From positions 438,240-502,239 of the forward strand of contig NMRA01000295.1 in the NCBI GenBank assembly GCA_002633005.1: 64,000 bases of DNA. The letters are read 5' to 3'. Positions within the stretch are counted from its first letter, which is position 1; every line of letters begins with the position of its first letter. This document shows, piece by piece, positions 49,384 through 62,710 of the stretch. The translations under genes were made by a program, and so were the position numbers. Source of the DNA: Phoronis australis (lineage: Eukaryota; Animalia; Phoronida). Below the pieces are notes generated by a model, which saw only the letters and a program-made list of their open reading frames with translations, was not told where the DNA came from and did not search any database.

Positions 49384-50595
49384 CTAGACCACATTCTTTT
49401 CCTGACTAGTGACTAAATATACCGTCTGTGTTTCTCCCTCTTGGGAAGAGACTAAGCTGGCAGTAATCATATTGTTATCTGTCTCTTGTAGCGACATACG
49501 CTCGCCAACCAAATGTTGATCATAGTGTTGCCTCAGACCGTCTGAACTAGCGAAATATTTGTCACACACTGGACACCTGACAATCTTAGATGCATCCCCG
49601 CTCGCGTGCTTCTTCACTGTGTGTCTTTTCAGGTCAGTGCTGGCGATGAACTTTTCATCACACAGGTGACACTCGTATGGCCTCTCTCCAGTGTGCAGTC
49701 GCTGGTGCAGTGTCAGGTTGCATTTGCGGTTGAACTGCTTTTGGCAGACGTCGCACACAAACCGCTTCTTGCCCTCATGCTTCTGTTTGTGGATAATCAG
49801 CGTGGTGCGGTAGAGGAAGGCTTCCTCGCATTGGTTGCATTTGTATGGCCTAACGTTGTTGTGCAAGTTCTTGTGCCGACGCAGAGTCTCCTTCTGAGTG
49901 AATGTCCGATTGCACTCTCCACACTTGTATGGCTTCATACTGCAGTGATTGCGCCGATGGCTTGACAGGAGGTGTGGCTTGGAGAACTCCTTCTCGCAGA
50001 ACTTGCACTTAAGCACCCTCTTCGACGGCACAATGATCACATTGGTGCCGCCGAGCTTGAGACAACACCGTTTGCTGGCAGGAAAACGATTGGCTGGCTG
50101 CTCACAAGCCTCGTTTGACATAACAACAGCATTCTGTTGAATACTATATGTGTGCATGTGCGTTCCGTCGCAGAACGACAATGTTAGATTTACTTCTGGG
50201 TCCCGTTTGGCCATTTTCTTATTTAATTTTTTCTTGTTGTGCTTAATATCTATCTTACTGTCTGTCACTTGCAGAAAAATATTTGTAGTGTCTTTCTTCT
50301 CTACTTCACTCTCGCACTGATCACTCTGTGAGATATCTGCGCTGACTATCTCCTGAGAATTGTCCTCCACCACACTACTTTCAACGGGTAAGCCAGTGTC
50401 CAGGCCTATCGTGGGGATGCCCTCTTCTGTCACAATGATCACTGTCCGAGACTCTTTGCCATTTTTGGACAGCTGGGTGTCGATATAGTTCTCACTGGGC
50501 ACCACAGTCTCCAAGTTCACACCGTCATTTGCATCGGTTACTTGGCTTGACCTCTGTAGTATATCATGGATTAAGCTGTATACTTTGTCACCCAT
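49384..50595 (-). CDS. C2H2 (Kruppel-type) zinc-finger protein with six fingers, ~403 aa from the ATG at 50595
   Basis: Six CxxC..H..H units with RPYKC/TGERPYEC linkers. The acceptor ctattcccag lies directly before ATG GGT GAC, so the TTG start in the ORF track (50658) is probably intronic. Upstream exon(s) uncertain. Confidence 0.9.
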   Translation of the reverse strand: MGDKVYSLIHDILQRSSQVTDANDGVNLETVVPSENYIDTQLSKNGKESRTVIIVTEEGIPTIGLDTGLPVESSVVEDNSQEIVSADISQSDQCESEVEKKDTTNIFLQVTDSKIDIKHNKKKLNKKMAKRDPEVNLTLSFCDGTHMHTYSIQQNAVVMSNEACEQPANRFPASKRCCLKLGGTNVIIVPSKRVLKCKFCEKEFSKPHLLSSHRRNHCSMKPYKCGECNRTFTQKETLRRHKNLHNNVRPYKCNQCEEAFLYRTTLIIHKQKHEGKKRFVCDVCQKQFNRKCNLTLHQRLHTGERPYECHLCDEKFIASTDLKRHTVKKHASGDASKIVRCPVCDKYFASSDGLRQHYDQHLVGERMSLQETDNNMITASLVSSQEGETQTVYLVTSQEKNVV

Positions 50596-50890
50596 CTGGG
50601 AATAGATAACAAGACCAGTTGCAGCGGTTAAGTTTAAGGTATCAATGCTAGTCTTCAATCACACCACCTGTTTGTCAGACTGCAAGACCTGAACTTATTT
50701 AAAGCCTGAATATATCTCTGTCTCAATCAGGTCATGGACATGGGGCGTCAAGCAACGTATGCTGCCTCAGCTAAAGCGACCGTGGCTCTATGGTAAAAAA
50801 TCTCTAGTTTGAGATGAGAAATTTAAGTATTTTGCTCAATGTCAGACCTTGTACCAAATTTTAGAAATAGGCAATACTGGCCATCCCAAA

Positions 50891-51629
50891 TGCTTTAATG
50901 GTCAGCAAACCGAAATTCTCAAGAAATTTTGCACTAGCTCACGAAAAATTAAGTCAATCCCACATTGTTCGCTCCTTGTGTTTTCACTTTGTATAACTTT
51001 CATGTAACAAAGAAAAGTCTGCCATCGACTTGAAAACAGTACACTCATGACAAGCGGCGTCAAGAGCATGCACCACTTGCTATTTTTAGCAGAATCATTT
51101 GAGAGCTGATCAGACAACTTCACTGGTTGAATTCATAGTATTTCCTGAAAAAGCTGTTTTATAATTGGTATGACCAAAAACTTACAAAATGAAACCAATT
51201 CCAAAAATTTGTTGTGACGTATACACAACTTTGTGGAGGAAGAGCAGTTGAATGAAAATCGCCAAAAAATGAACAATATATGATGCTCTATTTCATGGCA
51301 CCGACTGAAAACTGATGCATAAGACAACTTAGCAGTATTCTAGCATACATAACTAATTTAATTTACACAAGATTGTAATTTTTAGTAACATTAATTTGCT
51401 GTCGGACTATATTTGGCCATTTTTTTACACACAACTACAATTAGTCATACACAGTTGGCTAGCTCACCAGTGATGAGAGAACCTATGCTGTGTCTGAAGT
51501 ATAGAGTGTATGTTGTACACCACCTAGGTGACACCATTGCCTAATCAACCTCGCATGTCGGAGGATCTTTGGCAAATTATGCTTAACCCTGGCTAAGCTA
51601 TGAAAGATATCATGTACCTAACGAGTACA
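50891..51629. repeat. Block duplicated at 53806-54597
   Basis: tgctttaatggtcagcaaacc...gtacctaacgagtaca is present twice with few differences; the second copy has an internal ~90-bp tandem duplication (about 54313-54490). Confidence 0.9.
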
Positions 51630-51630
51630 N

Positions 51631-52314
51631 TGCACTCTCCACACTTGTATGGCTTCATACTGCAGTGATTGCGCCGATGGCTTGACAGGAGGTGTGGCTT
51701 GGAGAACTCCTTCTCGCAGAACTTGCACTTAAGCACCCTCTTCGACGGCACAATGATCACATTGGTGCCGCCGAGCTTGAGACAACACCGTTTGCTGGCA
51801 GGAAAACGATTGGCTGGCTGCTCACAAGCCTCGTTTGACATAACAACAGCATTCTGTTGAATACTATATGTGTGCATGTGCGTTCCGTCGCAGAACGACA
51901 ATGTTAGATTTACTTCTGGGTCCCGTTTGGCCATTTTCTTATTTAATTTTTTCTTGTTGTGCTTAATATCTATCTTACTGTCTGTCACTTGCAGAAAAAT
52001 ATTTGTAGTGTCTTTCTTCTCTACTTCACTCTCGCACTGATCACTCTGTGAGATATCTGCGCTGACTATCTCCTGAGAATTATCATCCACCACACTACTT
52101 TCAACGGGTAAGCCAGTGTCCAGGCTTATCGTGGGGATGCCCTCTTCTGTCACAATGATCACTGTCCGAGACTCTTTGCCATTTTTGGACAGCTGGGTGT
52201 CGATATAGTTCTCACTGGGCACCACAGTCTCCAAGTTCACACTGTCATTTGCATCGGTTACTTGGCTTGACCTCTGTAGTATATCATGGATTAAGCTGTA
52301 TACTTTGTCACCCA
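51631..52314 (-). pseudogene. Second, truncated copy of the zinc-finger exon (probably the alternate haplotype, cut at N 51630)
   Basis: Near-identical to 49911-50595 with three visible amino-acid differences (G/S, G/S, E/D); ends exactly at the N. Confidence 0.75.
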
Positions 52315-54715
52315 TCTGGGAATAGATAACAAGACCAGTTGCAGCGGTTAAGTTTAAGGTATCAATGCTAGTCTTCAATCACACCACCTGTTTGTCAGAC
52401 TGCAAGACCTGTACTTATTTAAAGCCTGAATATATCTCTGTCTCAATCAGGTCATGGACATTGGGGCGTCAAGCAACGTATGCTGCCTCGGCTAAAGCGA
52501 CCGTGGCTTTATGGTAAAAAAACTCTAGTTTGAGATGAGGAAATTAACTATTTTGCTCAATGTCAGACCTTGTACCAAATTTTAGAAATAGGCAATACTG
52601 GCCATCCCAAATTCAAGAATTACAAACAATATTTAATGATTGCTCACCATCATGTTACACAATACTGAAGCATTTTCAATCAATTATGAGTTGCAATGTC
52701 TATTTTCAGACTCTGCTGATACAAAATGCTATGTGGGATATTTGAGAATATGTTGAATGCCAAAATCAAACGTCCCAGTCTTCAGAATCAAGAAATCTCG
52801 ATTTTGGATTGAATTTCTCTGTTCCAAGATTTAGACACTGTTCCAAATGGGAGAATTTTTGCTGTAACTCAGCAATTCAATCACACTAAATGGAAGTGCC
52901 TTATCCCCATTCAAAAGTGTGAGTCCAAGAAAACATTCTGATGTAACTTGGTGCATCGATGTTCAGACTTTTAATAATTAAATAATTACAGCTAACATCA
53001 CGCGGCCCTACAGGTGGCACAAATGGAGACCTATAAAGATTATCGTAAAATCTCACCACAAGACGCAACATGGTCAACGAGAGAAATTTATTTCTAATAA
53101 TGATCTTTTCCATGAAACATGTTGCACCAAATTGTTTTCATTATGGTTTTCTGTGTTTAAGATTTAGACATTGTACCACAGCTGCTATTGGACATGGTTT
53201 AGAAAAATTCTGGACATTCACAGCGTCGTTAGAAATGTTTTTGACATAAAAAATGGCATTTCTGGTAATTATTTTTGCCCCAAATAAGTGCGATTTTGTC
53301 AGCGAACAATCGTTTTCAGAAGAGACAGGACACTCATCAACAGACCTCTGTGACAAAGGGCAAAGAACTGCCAAACTTTGACTGAGTGAATGAGATTATG
53401 GGAGAACCTTATGGCTATGAAAGAGTTTTGTCATTGAACTATTCACAATTGATGAGACATGACCACCTGTTGCAATTTTCATAAACAGTTGGCAAATGGA
53501 AAGAAATCTAAACAGTCAAGCAAACAAGCCTGAAATTTTTAATTCACTTCCAGTTAATTACAACTAGTTCTAATGAAATGGATACTTATTCACACTTGTA
53601 CATATTGGATAATGTACCCTAACTTATACACTGTTCAGTACGCTAATGCACCAGTGAAAAGAGTGTCATTAGTCTGCAAATCATTGGCGTTATTAACCAA
53701 TCTCTCTTTTCACAGATACTTCAATTCACTGTTCATTTTTCACAAACTTGCTCATAGTTCACTACAAATTATTTGAAGTGGTTGCACTTCACTAGTAATT
53801 TAGAGTGCTTTAATGGTCAGCAAACCGAAATTCTCAAGAAATTTTGCACTAGCTCATGAAAAATTAAGTCAATCCCACATTGTTCGCTCCTTGTGTTTTC
53901 AATTTGTATAACTTTCATGTAACAAAGAAAAGTCTGTCATCGACTTGAAAACAGTACACTCATGACAAGCGACGTCAAGAGCATGCGCCACTTGCTATTT
54001 TTAGCAGAATCGTTTGAGAGCTGATGACAACTTCACTGGTTGAATTCATAGTATTTCCTGAAAAAGCTGTTTTATAATTGGTATGACCAAAAACTTACAA
54101 AATGAAACCAATTCCAATAATTTGTTGTGACGTATACACAACTTTGTGGAGGAAGAGCAGTTGAATGAAAATCGCCAAAAAATGAACAATATATGATGCT
54201 CTATTTCATGGCACCGACTGCATTCTAGCATACATTACTAATTTAATTTACACAAGACTGTAATTTTTAGTAACATTAATTTGCTGTCGGATTATATTTG
54301 GCCATTTTTTTTACACACAACTACAATTAGTCATACACAGTTGGCTAGCTCGCCAGTGATGAGAGAACCTATGCTGTGTCTGAAGTATATAGTGTATGTT
54401 GTACACACAACTACAATAACAGTTGGCTAGCTCGCCAGTGATGAGAGAACCTATGCTGTGTCTGAAGTATATAGTGTATGTTGTACACCGCCTAGGTGAC
54501 ACCATTGCCTAATCAACCTCGCACGTCAGAGGATCTTTGGCAAATTATTCTTAACCCTGGCTAAGCTATGAAAGATATAATGTACCTAACGAGTACAGGT
54601 GGATACCTTTGCAGTAGGCTGGAGTATTTAAATCCTTTCAAATCGATCAAGTACTCCCACAACCAACATTTTTGTCAAACAATCTTATGTTCAGTTACCC
54701 AAACCACAGGCGTCC

Positions 54716-55168
54716 TCAGCTTCTGATCGTCCCTAATACTCTTACATATACTACAAGGTATGACACTTGGGACTAGAAATTACATGGGTGCTTCAATTCA
54801 GCTGTCCATATCAAACACAGAACTAAATAAATTTTCAAAACGGGTTCAACAAACTATGAGCGGTGTAACTGCTCCAGTGAGTTTGCAAGAAATTCGCGGT
54901 CAAAGCAAAAAAATCTTCCCAAAAAACTCATGCGGACTAACTCCTCTGTCCCACGGAAATTGCTGGTTTGTCACAGCATATCAAGACATCGATACCTCCA
55001 CACTTAGCCAGACCATTTCGTAACCTTCTGTCATGAACCGGCATGCCGTCTATTCGTAACTCATCGGATAATTCCGTACCTTACTTGACCTTGAACTGAC
55101 TTGCATGGGACAGGTGTCATACCTTGTAGTATGTATATAGAGTGTTTAGGAGACGATCAGAAGCTGAG
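54716..55168. mobile_element. Foldback MITE, same family as 16413-18976
   Basis: ctcagcttctgatcgt...tactacaaggtatgacac is inverted with gtgtcataccttgtagta...acgatcagaagctgag (~50-bp imperfect TIR). Confidence 0.8.
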
Positions 55169-55610
55169 AACATCTGTGACCCAAACCGGAAACTGAGCCA
55201 TTCCTGTTTCGATTGCATCACTGTACATGCCTATGACTATAGCATGTAAATTTTTAAACAACACTGAGATCAAAGTCCGTGACCTCTGGAGTTTGCTAGT
55301 GTTTGAAACATTGTTTCCATGGTTGTACCTCACAGACGTGGACAAAATGGCATCGTTGACGATGGAAAAGATGCTAGACAGAAACCTTAATTACTCCAAA
55401 AGTATTTGTTTGTACTACATAAGGAATTAACAACATCAATCGTGACCTTCAAAGGTGCTTTCTGTGCTAGACACGTATTATATTTATAGCAGCGTGATTT
55501 TGATGACTTAGCTGTGTAGCCAATGTGAGGCAAAATTTGACGAAAAGCTTGGGGCCTGCAGTGCAGGTCGCCAAATCGAGTACTGGACTGTAATCTGCCT
55601 TCCGTTTAGT

Positions 55611-55682
55611 CACAGGCACCTTTAAGTAGCCCTCAACCATATTATTTAGTGTATAGTTGAGGGCTGATCAAAGGTGCCTGTG
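55611..55682. repeat. 72-bp near-perfect hairpin
   Basis: cacaggcaccttt..agccctcaac.ata / tat.gttgagggct..aaaggtgcctgtg. Confidence 0.8.
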
Positions 55683-55822
55683 GTTCAGTAACGCTAGGAC
55701 TTCGCTTAAAAGCAAGACTTCGCAAGATTACATGAGTCATTGCCGTGTATTTTTAAAGACAGTACGTGACGTTGACTAGATTTTCGTTAGGACCTAGCGT
55801 AGGTCCTAGGCGTTACTGAACT
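55683..55822. mobile_element. Tiny MITE-like inverted repeat
   Basis: gttcagtaacgctaggac is inverted with gtcctaggcgttactgaac. Confidence 0.5.
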
Positions 55823-58800
55823 AGCGAGGACAGCATTCTTCAGCGAATCGCTTCGCGTATCTGTCACCGTGTTAAATTCGCTCATTACAATCGGCAAAAA
55901 ATAACTCAAAAATGTAATAAATGTGAATAAAAATTATTGAAAACTATGAAAGAATATATTGTTTTACTTATCTGATAAGCTTTTTTTGTCGCAAAATTCG
56001 TTTAATAATACTTTGCACGAGTTTTTTGCAAGGACGTGACCGATTTTTCAGACCAAAATGGATGCCGGTAAAAATGAGTGCTATTTGGTTTTCAACCCAG
56101 GAGAAGACTAAACTCGCGAATTTTTACGTGAAACTTCGTGAAAGAACAAAAGGGAGCCTTGCGAACACGATTATGTAAGTAGTTTTCACTTTCCTGCACT
56201 TAAAAGTTGAAAAAGTCGCCTGTTCCCGCGACCTTCAACTTCGAGCTGAATTTATTGGTATATAGAATAATTTGCGAATGTAATGAACTGTATTCCGCAC
56301 TAAAGGGTTCATTAATGAACTATTTCAAACACTTGTTCTAAACGAACATTTCGTCAATTTCTGACAATCGGGCGAATTTCTGACTCACTTCGTAGTTCCG
56401 GGTACTGCCGCTAGGGGTGGTCCTGTGAATCGCGTTGAATGTTTGGTTTACAATACTGAAGCACTTCAACTTTTGCTGATGAAAACTCAATGTAAAAGAG
56501 AACTAAACAGTCATTTCTCGTAGTGAGAACAATGATTCTTATATTTAAGTTTTTTTTTACTATTTTGCTTCACATTTTTGTTGGTCAAGCCACTGATAGA
56601 CTTGGGTTGGCTTGCTGCCAGAGAGGTCCACACCCATCTTGCCTTGTTGGTCATGACATTTTATTCAGAATATGTCAAGATAGAAAATGAAAATGTTTTA
56701 ATTTTAGATTAAACAAATATTACAAATGTACAGTTCTACTGCAGTCCTGTGTTTCCAAGACTTTGTGGTCCACTACTTTGAAACATACATGCTTTCGATA
56801 AACTTTTTTTCTGACCACGGGCCAGTATATATAGTTTTTAACGGAACAATTGAGGTTTGCCTAGACTGTTCATAAATCTCACCCTGATCTTTATCCTCCA
56901 GGTAAGCTTTGTTGGAATTTACTGTGGACCAAACCAGTTGTTATTTTCTTCATTATTTTTGTTCTTATAATTTCACTCCTGTTTTGAGTTTCTATCTTCA
57001 TCATGTCTCACATTTCTTTCTCAACAGACTCTGCTTCTAGCTCTTGGTCCAGATCCTTCTACTTTCCTGCTTCTACTGATTCTACTTGCATTTTATCAGT
57101 TATTCAGTTGGACATGATCTCATAGACAAACGGTCAAAGCCTCCTTCATTTTGGCTCTCCCCTCCACCTATCGGACTGTGCTTTTCAGCTCCTGATGCTG
57201 TTGAGGAGTCCGCGAAGAAGTACCATATGCCAACACCACCTCTTAAGACACTGTCAGACAAATACTGACATGACCTATCTAGCTATTTCTTTTTTCTTTT
57301 CACAACCTTGTAGTTTAATAGTATTATGTCACCTTTGTTAAAATGTGCATAATTTCCAAGTAGGGTAACATTTTCGCATAACACTGTTCAAATAATTATG
57401 AATTATAGTATTCTTTCAGGTCCTCGGATATCTGTCTTGGTTTAATATCACAACGAAGATGAGGCTATCTACTCCTTTCGGCTGATTGATGACTTTGGTC
57501 AAAGGGACTTCGAAGTGCTGGAATAACTCAGTGTTGCATAGTAGATACTCCAATGCCTTATGATAGTCAGAAAGGGTTTGGCCCCCTTCCTTGAGGATAC
57601 CACAGGTCTGTGTAAGGAACTCCACTGAGCGTCTGTTTACTGGAAGGTACTCCACTGCCAATTGTCACAGAAAGGGTTTGGCCCCTCCTTCCTTGAGGAT
57701 GCCTTGAGAACTTTATTTATCTGTCCATCATAAATTCTTTTTTGTGTTCATATCACTTGAGACAATTTTAGGATTATGAATATTCCAGTTGTTGGTTTTA
57801 TAGCATGAACATTCCTGGATGGCTCATGACAGGGTCTTCATTTTATTACATTGTTGTGGAAAGTTTATGTAAAAGTTTTATTTATTATATGTCTTTCAGA
57901 AGCTTGTATTAAAATGTTCTATATATCATACTTGTCATCAATACATTTTTGAAATGATGTTTGTTTATCTTTGATTTTTACTTAATGTAATTGAGTGACA
58001 AAGTTAAGCCGGTTTCAAACAGCATGATTGTTAAAAACAATATCACAAATAATATTAATAATTTGCTCAACCAATTATCAAGTTTCAACTTTCCTGATGA
58101 AAAATCTTTAAAATGATACCTCATTTGTTTTTTTTTTCCTGGAGTAATTGTTATTTTATGAAAATTCGAAATCGCAAAATTGTACGTAGTAACTTCTCTT
58201 TGTCGGCTGTGTTGACTTTAAGGTCAATATCTTCGCACAGGAACGTCTAATCGAAATGGTTCTTTGGCAAATTATTCATCATAAAAAGTTCTTTAAAATG
58301 ATGTATTACATGTCTATTTACGTTTCTTAGTTTTGAAATAATAATATTTTGAACTCGCAGATTCGATTTGACAGAATTTTTACCAAAAATTTTGACACGA
58401 AAATGACATTTTCTCCGGAACCATCAGTCCAATTTAAAAAATTTTACTATCGTTATTTTAGTCTCGAAAAGAGCTTTCTAATGATGTATATTACATGCAC
58501 ATTTTCTAAAATTTTTGAAAAATGCTGTTCTCCCTAACTGAACGCACGCCTGTCTCGACCGACGAACAGAGGACAGAGTCAGAGTCTGAGACAACTTCGT
58601 TGACTTTTCCACAGCCGCATAGAGGCGAGGAAAAGCTGTTCAAATTAAAATTATGCCTACTGCCCTCACTTTAGTCTTTCGAGCTTTCTCTCGATTGAAT
58701 GAAAAGTGTTGAGCCTGACAACAAGGACCAGAGCGTCGGGGATCTCGGCTTTCACCTGTACAAGTTGCTTAGTAAAAGTGAAACAAACTACAGCGTTGCA

Positions 58801-59133
58801 ATTGTTTATTTTAACGGTGTACTAGTGCCACCGTTTGGCAAAATCCTAACGGCTGCGATTGCTTGTGGTGCCACGCTCATTCCGTGATACGTTTCGTTAT
58901 TTTCCGTACAACTGTGCAAAGGTTAAGTTTGAGAAACAATTTTTCCTCCAAATGGGTCCTTCGTCTTTTTAACGGAACTTTAAGGGACTGTTTTACAATA
59001 GCTTAAAATCATACATTGAAGATTTTAGTTTAAAGATGCCCAGTCAGTTTGTGACCATTCTGCCCGGCCGTGTGCGAAGGGTACTACAATCGGTCGGGCG
59101 AATTTTATAAGTCCTCAGCCATTGTTATTTCGT

Positions 59134-59676
59134 CAATAAAAGGAAACGGAAAGACCGTTTCTTGGCAAAACTATGTTTAACCCCTCACGAATCATAGACA
59201 TTCTTACCTTAAACGATTGAACATTTCTACGATATGTTTTTCACAGTAATATAGGCCTATGGGCGGCGCAGAGGGGTCGGACAAAAATAGTTAATAGAAA
59301 AATCAAACTTAATTCATAAAAATCAAACCTAAATCGTAATTTTGCCTTAGATAGTTCCTGTTTCCACCTACAGGTTTGGTTTTTACGAATTTGATTTGAT
59401 TTTCCAAACCTGCGGCGGTTTATTTTTACGACTTGACTCTACAAGTTAGGTTTGATTCTCCACTGCAAACACGAATGATTTTTAGGAATTAGGTTTGATT
59501 TTTATGAATTAAGTTTGATTTTTCTATTAAGTATTTTTGCCCTCTCTACAGCCCACATATTACGAAGCTGTAAAAACCTTAACGTCGAGAAAATGTTCTA
59601 TCGAAAAGAATGATTGATTCGTGATTGGATAAACAATGTGAGCATGGAAACGGGCTTTTCGTTTCCTTTTAGTATT
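59134..59676. mobile_element. Nested foldback element(s)
   Basis: Outer arms aaaaggaaacggaaagaccgtttc / gaaacgggcttttcgtttcctttt. Inner ~50-bp near-perfect arms caaaaatagttaatagaaaaatcaaacttaattcataaaaatcaaacctaa (59282) with the complement ending at about 59539. Confidence 0.75.
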
Positions 59677-59956
59677 GGCCAATTGAAAATGGCAATATAA
59701 ATCAGACTTTACAACTGTTTCAGGACATGACTCTGCGTCTTGAGTAATCCTTTTCGTTTCCTTTTAGTCATTAGCCAATTGAAAATGACAATATAAATCA
59801 GACTTTACAACTGTTTCAGGACATGACTCTGCGTCTTGAGTAATCCTTTTCGTTTCCTTTTAGTATTGGCCAATTGAAAATGACAATATAAATCAGACTT
59901 TACAACTGTTTCAGGACATGACTCTGCGTCTTGAGTAATCCTTTTCGTTTTCTTTT
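59655..59956. repeat. 95-bp tandem repeat, ~3 copies
   Basis: cttttcgtttc starts at 59655, 59750, 59846 and 59941; units nearly identical. Confidence 0.93.
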
Positions 59957-61989
59957 TTGTTTTTCATGCGGCTGAGCACATTCTTCCTATGGCGGTCTGG
60001 GCGGTAGTTAAGTATATGTATACCCTCCTAGGCTAGTATTTAGGGTGCACCAAGTAATTAAGCATTAACTTGCCCCAGTTGATTTCAATACAGATGTAAC
60101 AGTCTATGTATATTAATTAGACTTCGTGTGCACGTCACACGTGTAAGCGTTGTCCGAATTCCCGCCAGTATATCATCCACCCGCGGAGCTCCACATTGAA
60201 TGTTGGAGATGATCCCGTTACTATGACGCACGGCGGATGTTGAATTTCAACCGTCTAAATTTCAGCGACACTTCCCTAAGACATCGCTCTAAACAACTAG
60301 ACAACACTCAGAAAAGTGATTTTCATAGGCGGCGCACCACTAATGCCCCTCCCCACTTTTTTCAGTGCTGCGCCGCCCATGATTTTCTACTGAAATTTTG
60401 GCGCCCAGGAAACTTTTTTGCCGTTTTGAAACTACTGAGTAAACCTATGATGAAACATTTACAGCATGCATTAAATACAAAATTAACTTATCGCGGTTTA
60501 AAAACACGTTATACAAAGCGATATTTTGAAGGAAATAAAATATGCACTGAAATTTTATCCCGTTATTGCAGACTAGATTACAGCGACATACGCGTAGATG
60601 ACAACATTCGAGAGGATATGCCAGAAATTTGTCTTTAATTGTAATCCTGAGCGGACAACGGACAAACGCGTATCTGAATGTAATATGGGGGTCTTGGGTA
60701 GGCTCGGTATATCGACATTGCCAACTGCAGCGGGAAGAGAGATGGTGGTGCGGCAATTATGATTGGTGACTGACAGCATTGGCGTCCAAGCACTACCATG
60801 CGAGCGCTCTCTTTTAGCCTATACAAATTGCTGCGGACATTTGCCTTTAATATCTAGTGATAGACTACCTTGTCGACAATGTCAAAATCAGTTTTTCACT
60901 TTTCATGAGCAGTCTAAAGAGAAAACACTTCCCGAATGACGTACAAAAAAAAAACAAAGATCTCAAATCTTTGGAAAATAACTCATTAATAACTGTAGTC
61001 TTTCGGCGGCAGGGTATCGTACTTCAAGTGCTTATGCGGGTAATGTTGAATGATGAATGGAGACAAGATTGTCGTACTGGCGCTGATTCATGCCTTGTGT
61101 CCACTATAACAAAGAAGTTACTGCGTTTTTACTAAGAATTAGTTGAAGCCTAGGATGATAAAATTTGGAAGCCGTACATATAACCTGACGTGTATCTCGT
61201 GGTTAAAGTACTGAAAGTGGAACTTACAACACCTGCATTGAGTTAAATGTACGCAACGTAACGTTGCATCTTAGTTGTTACGTGTATTGAAAACCTAGTG
61301 CGTCGCTCACTGTTTAGCACATTAAGTAATGGTGCTCCCGAAAGCGGTACAAAGTTGACGCTAGCTTTGCGAATTATCATCAAAAGGTCCATTGTTTTAG
61401 AAATTCGAACCTTCCTTTGGGTAATCCTGGCTACGGCCTGATATGACCCAACATGTACGTAAAAGAGAACCTACTTCTAGCTGCCGTTCGCATGCACAAC
61501 GGGTTGAACGCTTTGGCCCCTGTGTAACAGTTCCAACACATCGGATGGGTAGATGCTTGCAGTTGGTCACACGGTCTCCTCGGTTGAAACTTTTACGACA
61601 AGAAATTTTTTCGATATTGTGGTGTTGTTCGGTCCTGTCGTGCCAATTTTGGTAGCCATGAGTTGAAATTTTCGTCCTGATTTATATAATTAATAAAGTC
61701 AAAGGTCCTGTCCGAGATAAATTTTCGGTCCTGATGTGATAAATTTTGATCTTGCATATGCAGAGTTCATAGCCCTGAACGAATCCCGTATTCCGTTTTT
61801 TCTTTAGTAAAAGGTTCACATCCTCAAAAATTCGAGCCCACCTATATTTTAGGCTGGGTGCACGCATGCCGTGTTTGTAGTATGCACGGGAAATGCGAGC
61901 AAACGATTCAGTTTTGAAGAACAAAAATTCTTTGCGAAATACAAACATCAAGTAAGTGCAAAGAGAACATTTCTAATTTGATGACCAAT

Positions 61990-62710
61990 GAGATTATATT
62001 TGTTTAAGTACTTAAACTTCTTTTTCGATCTATGGTTTGTAAACTTAAACCCAGTAATCTAGTTCTAACAATTTGTTGTCATTTGAATTGTGAGAATATG
62101 TCGGGACACTTTGTAGATGTGTTCGAAATTCATCAATTTCCTTGAGACTTATTTCACATAGACAAAAATCGTTTAGTGTACTTTTTATATTTAGGGATCT
62201 GGTGATAGATCGAATTTTCCCAATTTCGGCCTGCAACTAAGTTCATTGAAGCATTGTCATTTCTTTCAAGATTAGCTTCTAATTGTCAAAAAATCACCTC
62301 TCAATCTGTCCATTTTCATAGATACATAAACATGTAAATCAGAAACGAACAATCAAATCCTTGAGCAATGCGTTTACCTTGATTTAATGACTTAGTTCCT
62401 TTTTGATCCCCTGTGTGAGTTTAAACAGCAAATTTTGTACCGAAGTAAAAAAGCAATTCATTTATTGCCGTTTCAATTGTGAGTAAAATTTTGGGAAGTG
62501 TTAAAATTTCATCAATATCTTTAAGAATTATTTTAGATAAGCAAAAACGTCCAAGTGCATTTTCCTATTTGTTTTTTTCCGTATTCAGGCGTCAAGTTAA
62601 TTCCCTGAATCGTAATCATTTCTTAAAAGATTAGCTTGTAGGGCCAAAAATCAGATATTAACCTGTCGGTTTTCGTAAATACATTAACATGTAAATTAGA
62701 AACCAACGGA
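61990..62710. repeat. Old degenerate direct repeat, ~375-bp period, 2 copies
   Basis: ttcatcaat..tt.aga.ttattt..ata...aaaaa and catttctt..aagattagctt.ta...acatgtaaat.agaaac each recur ~360-380 bp apart. Confidence 0.55.

Noticed and set aside
51593-52378. Independent zinc-finger paralogue or tandem gene cluster
   Set aside because: Near identity including introns and truncation exactly at a single N favour an uncollapsed haplotype.
60323-60382. Small hairpin tcataggcggcgca...tgcgccgcccatga as a terminator or ncRNA
   Set aside because: Eukaryotic context; the ends resemble the gggcggcgca terminus at ~59260, so it is most likely a tiny MITE remnant.
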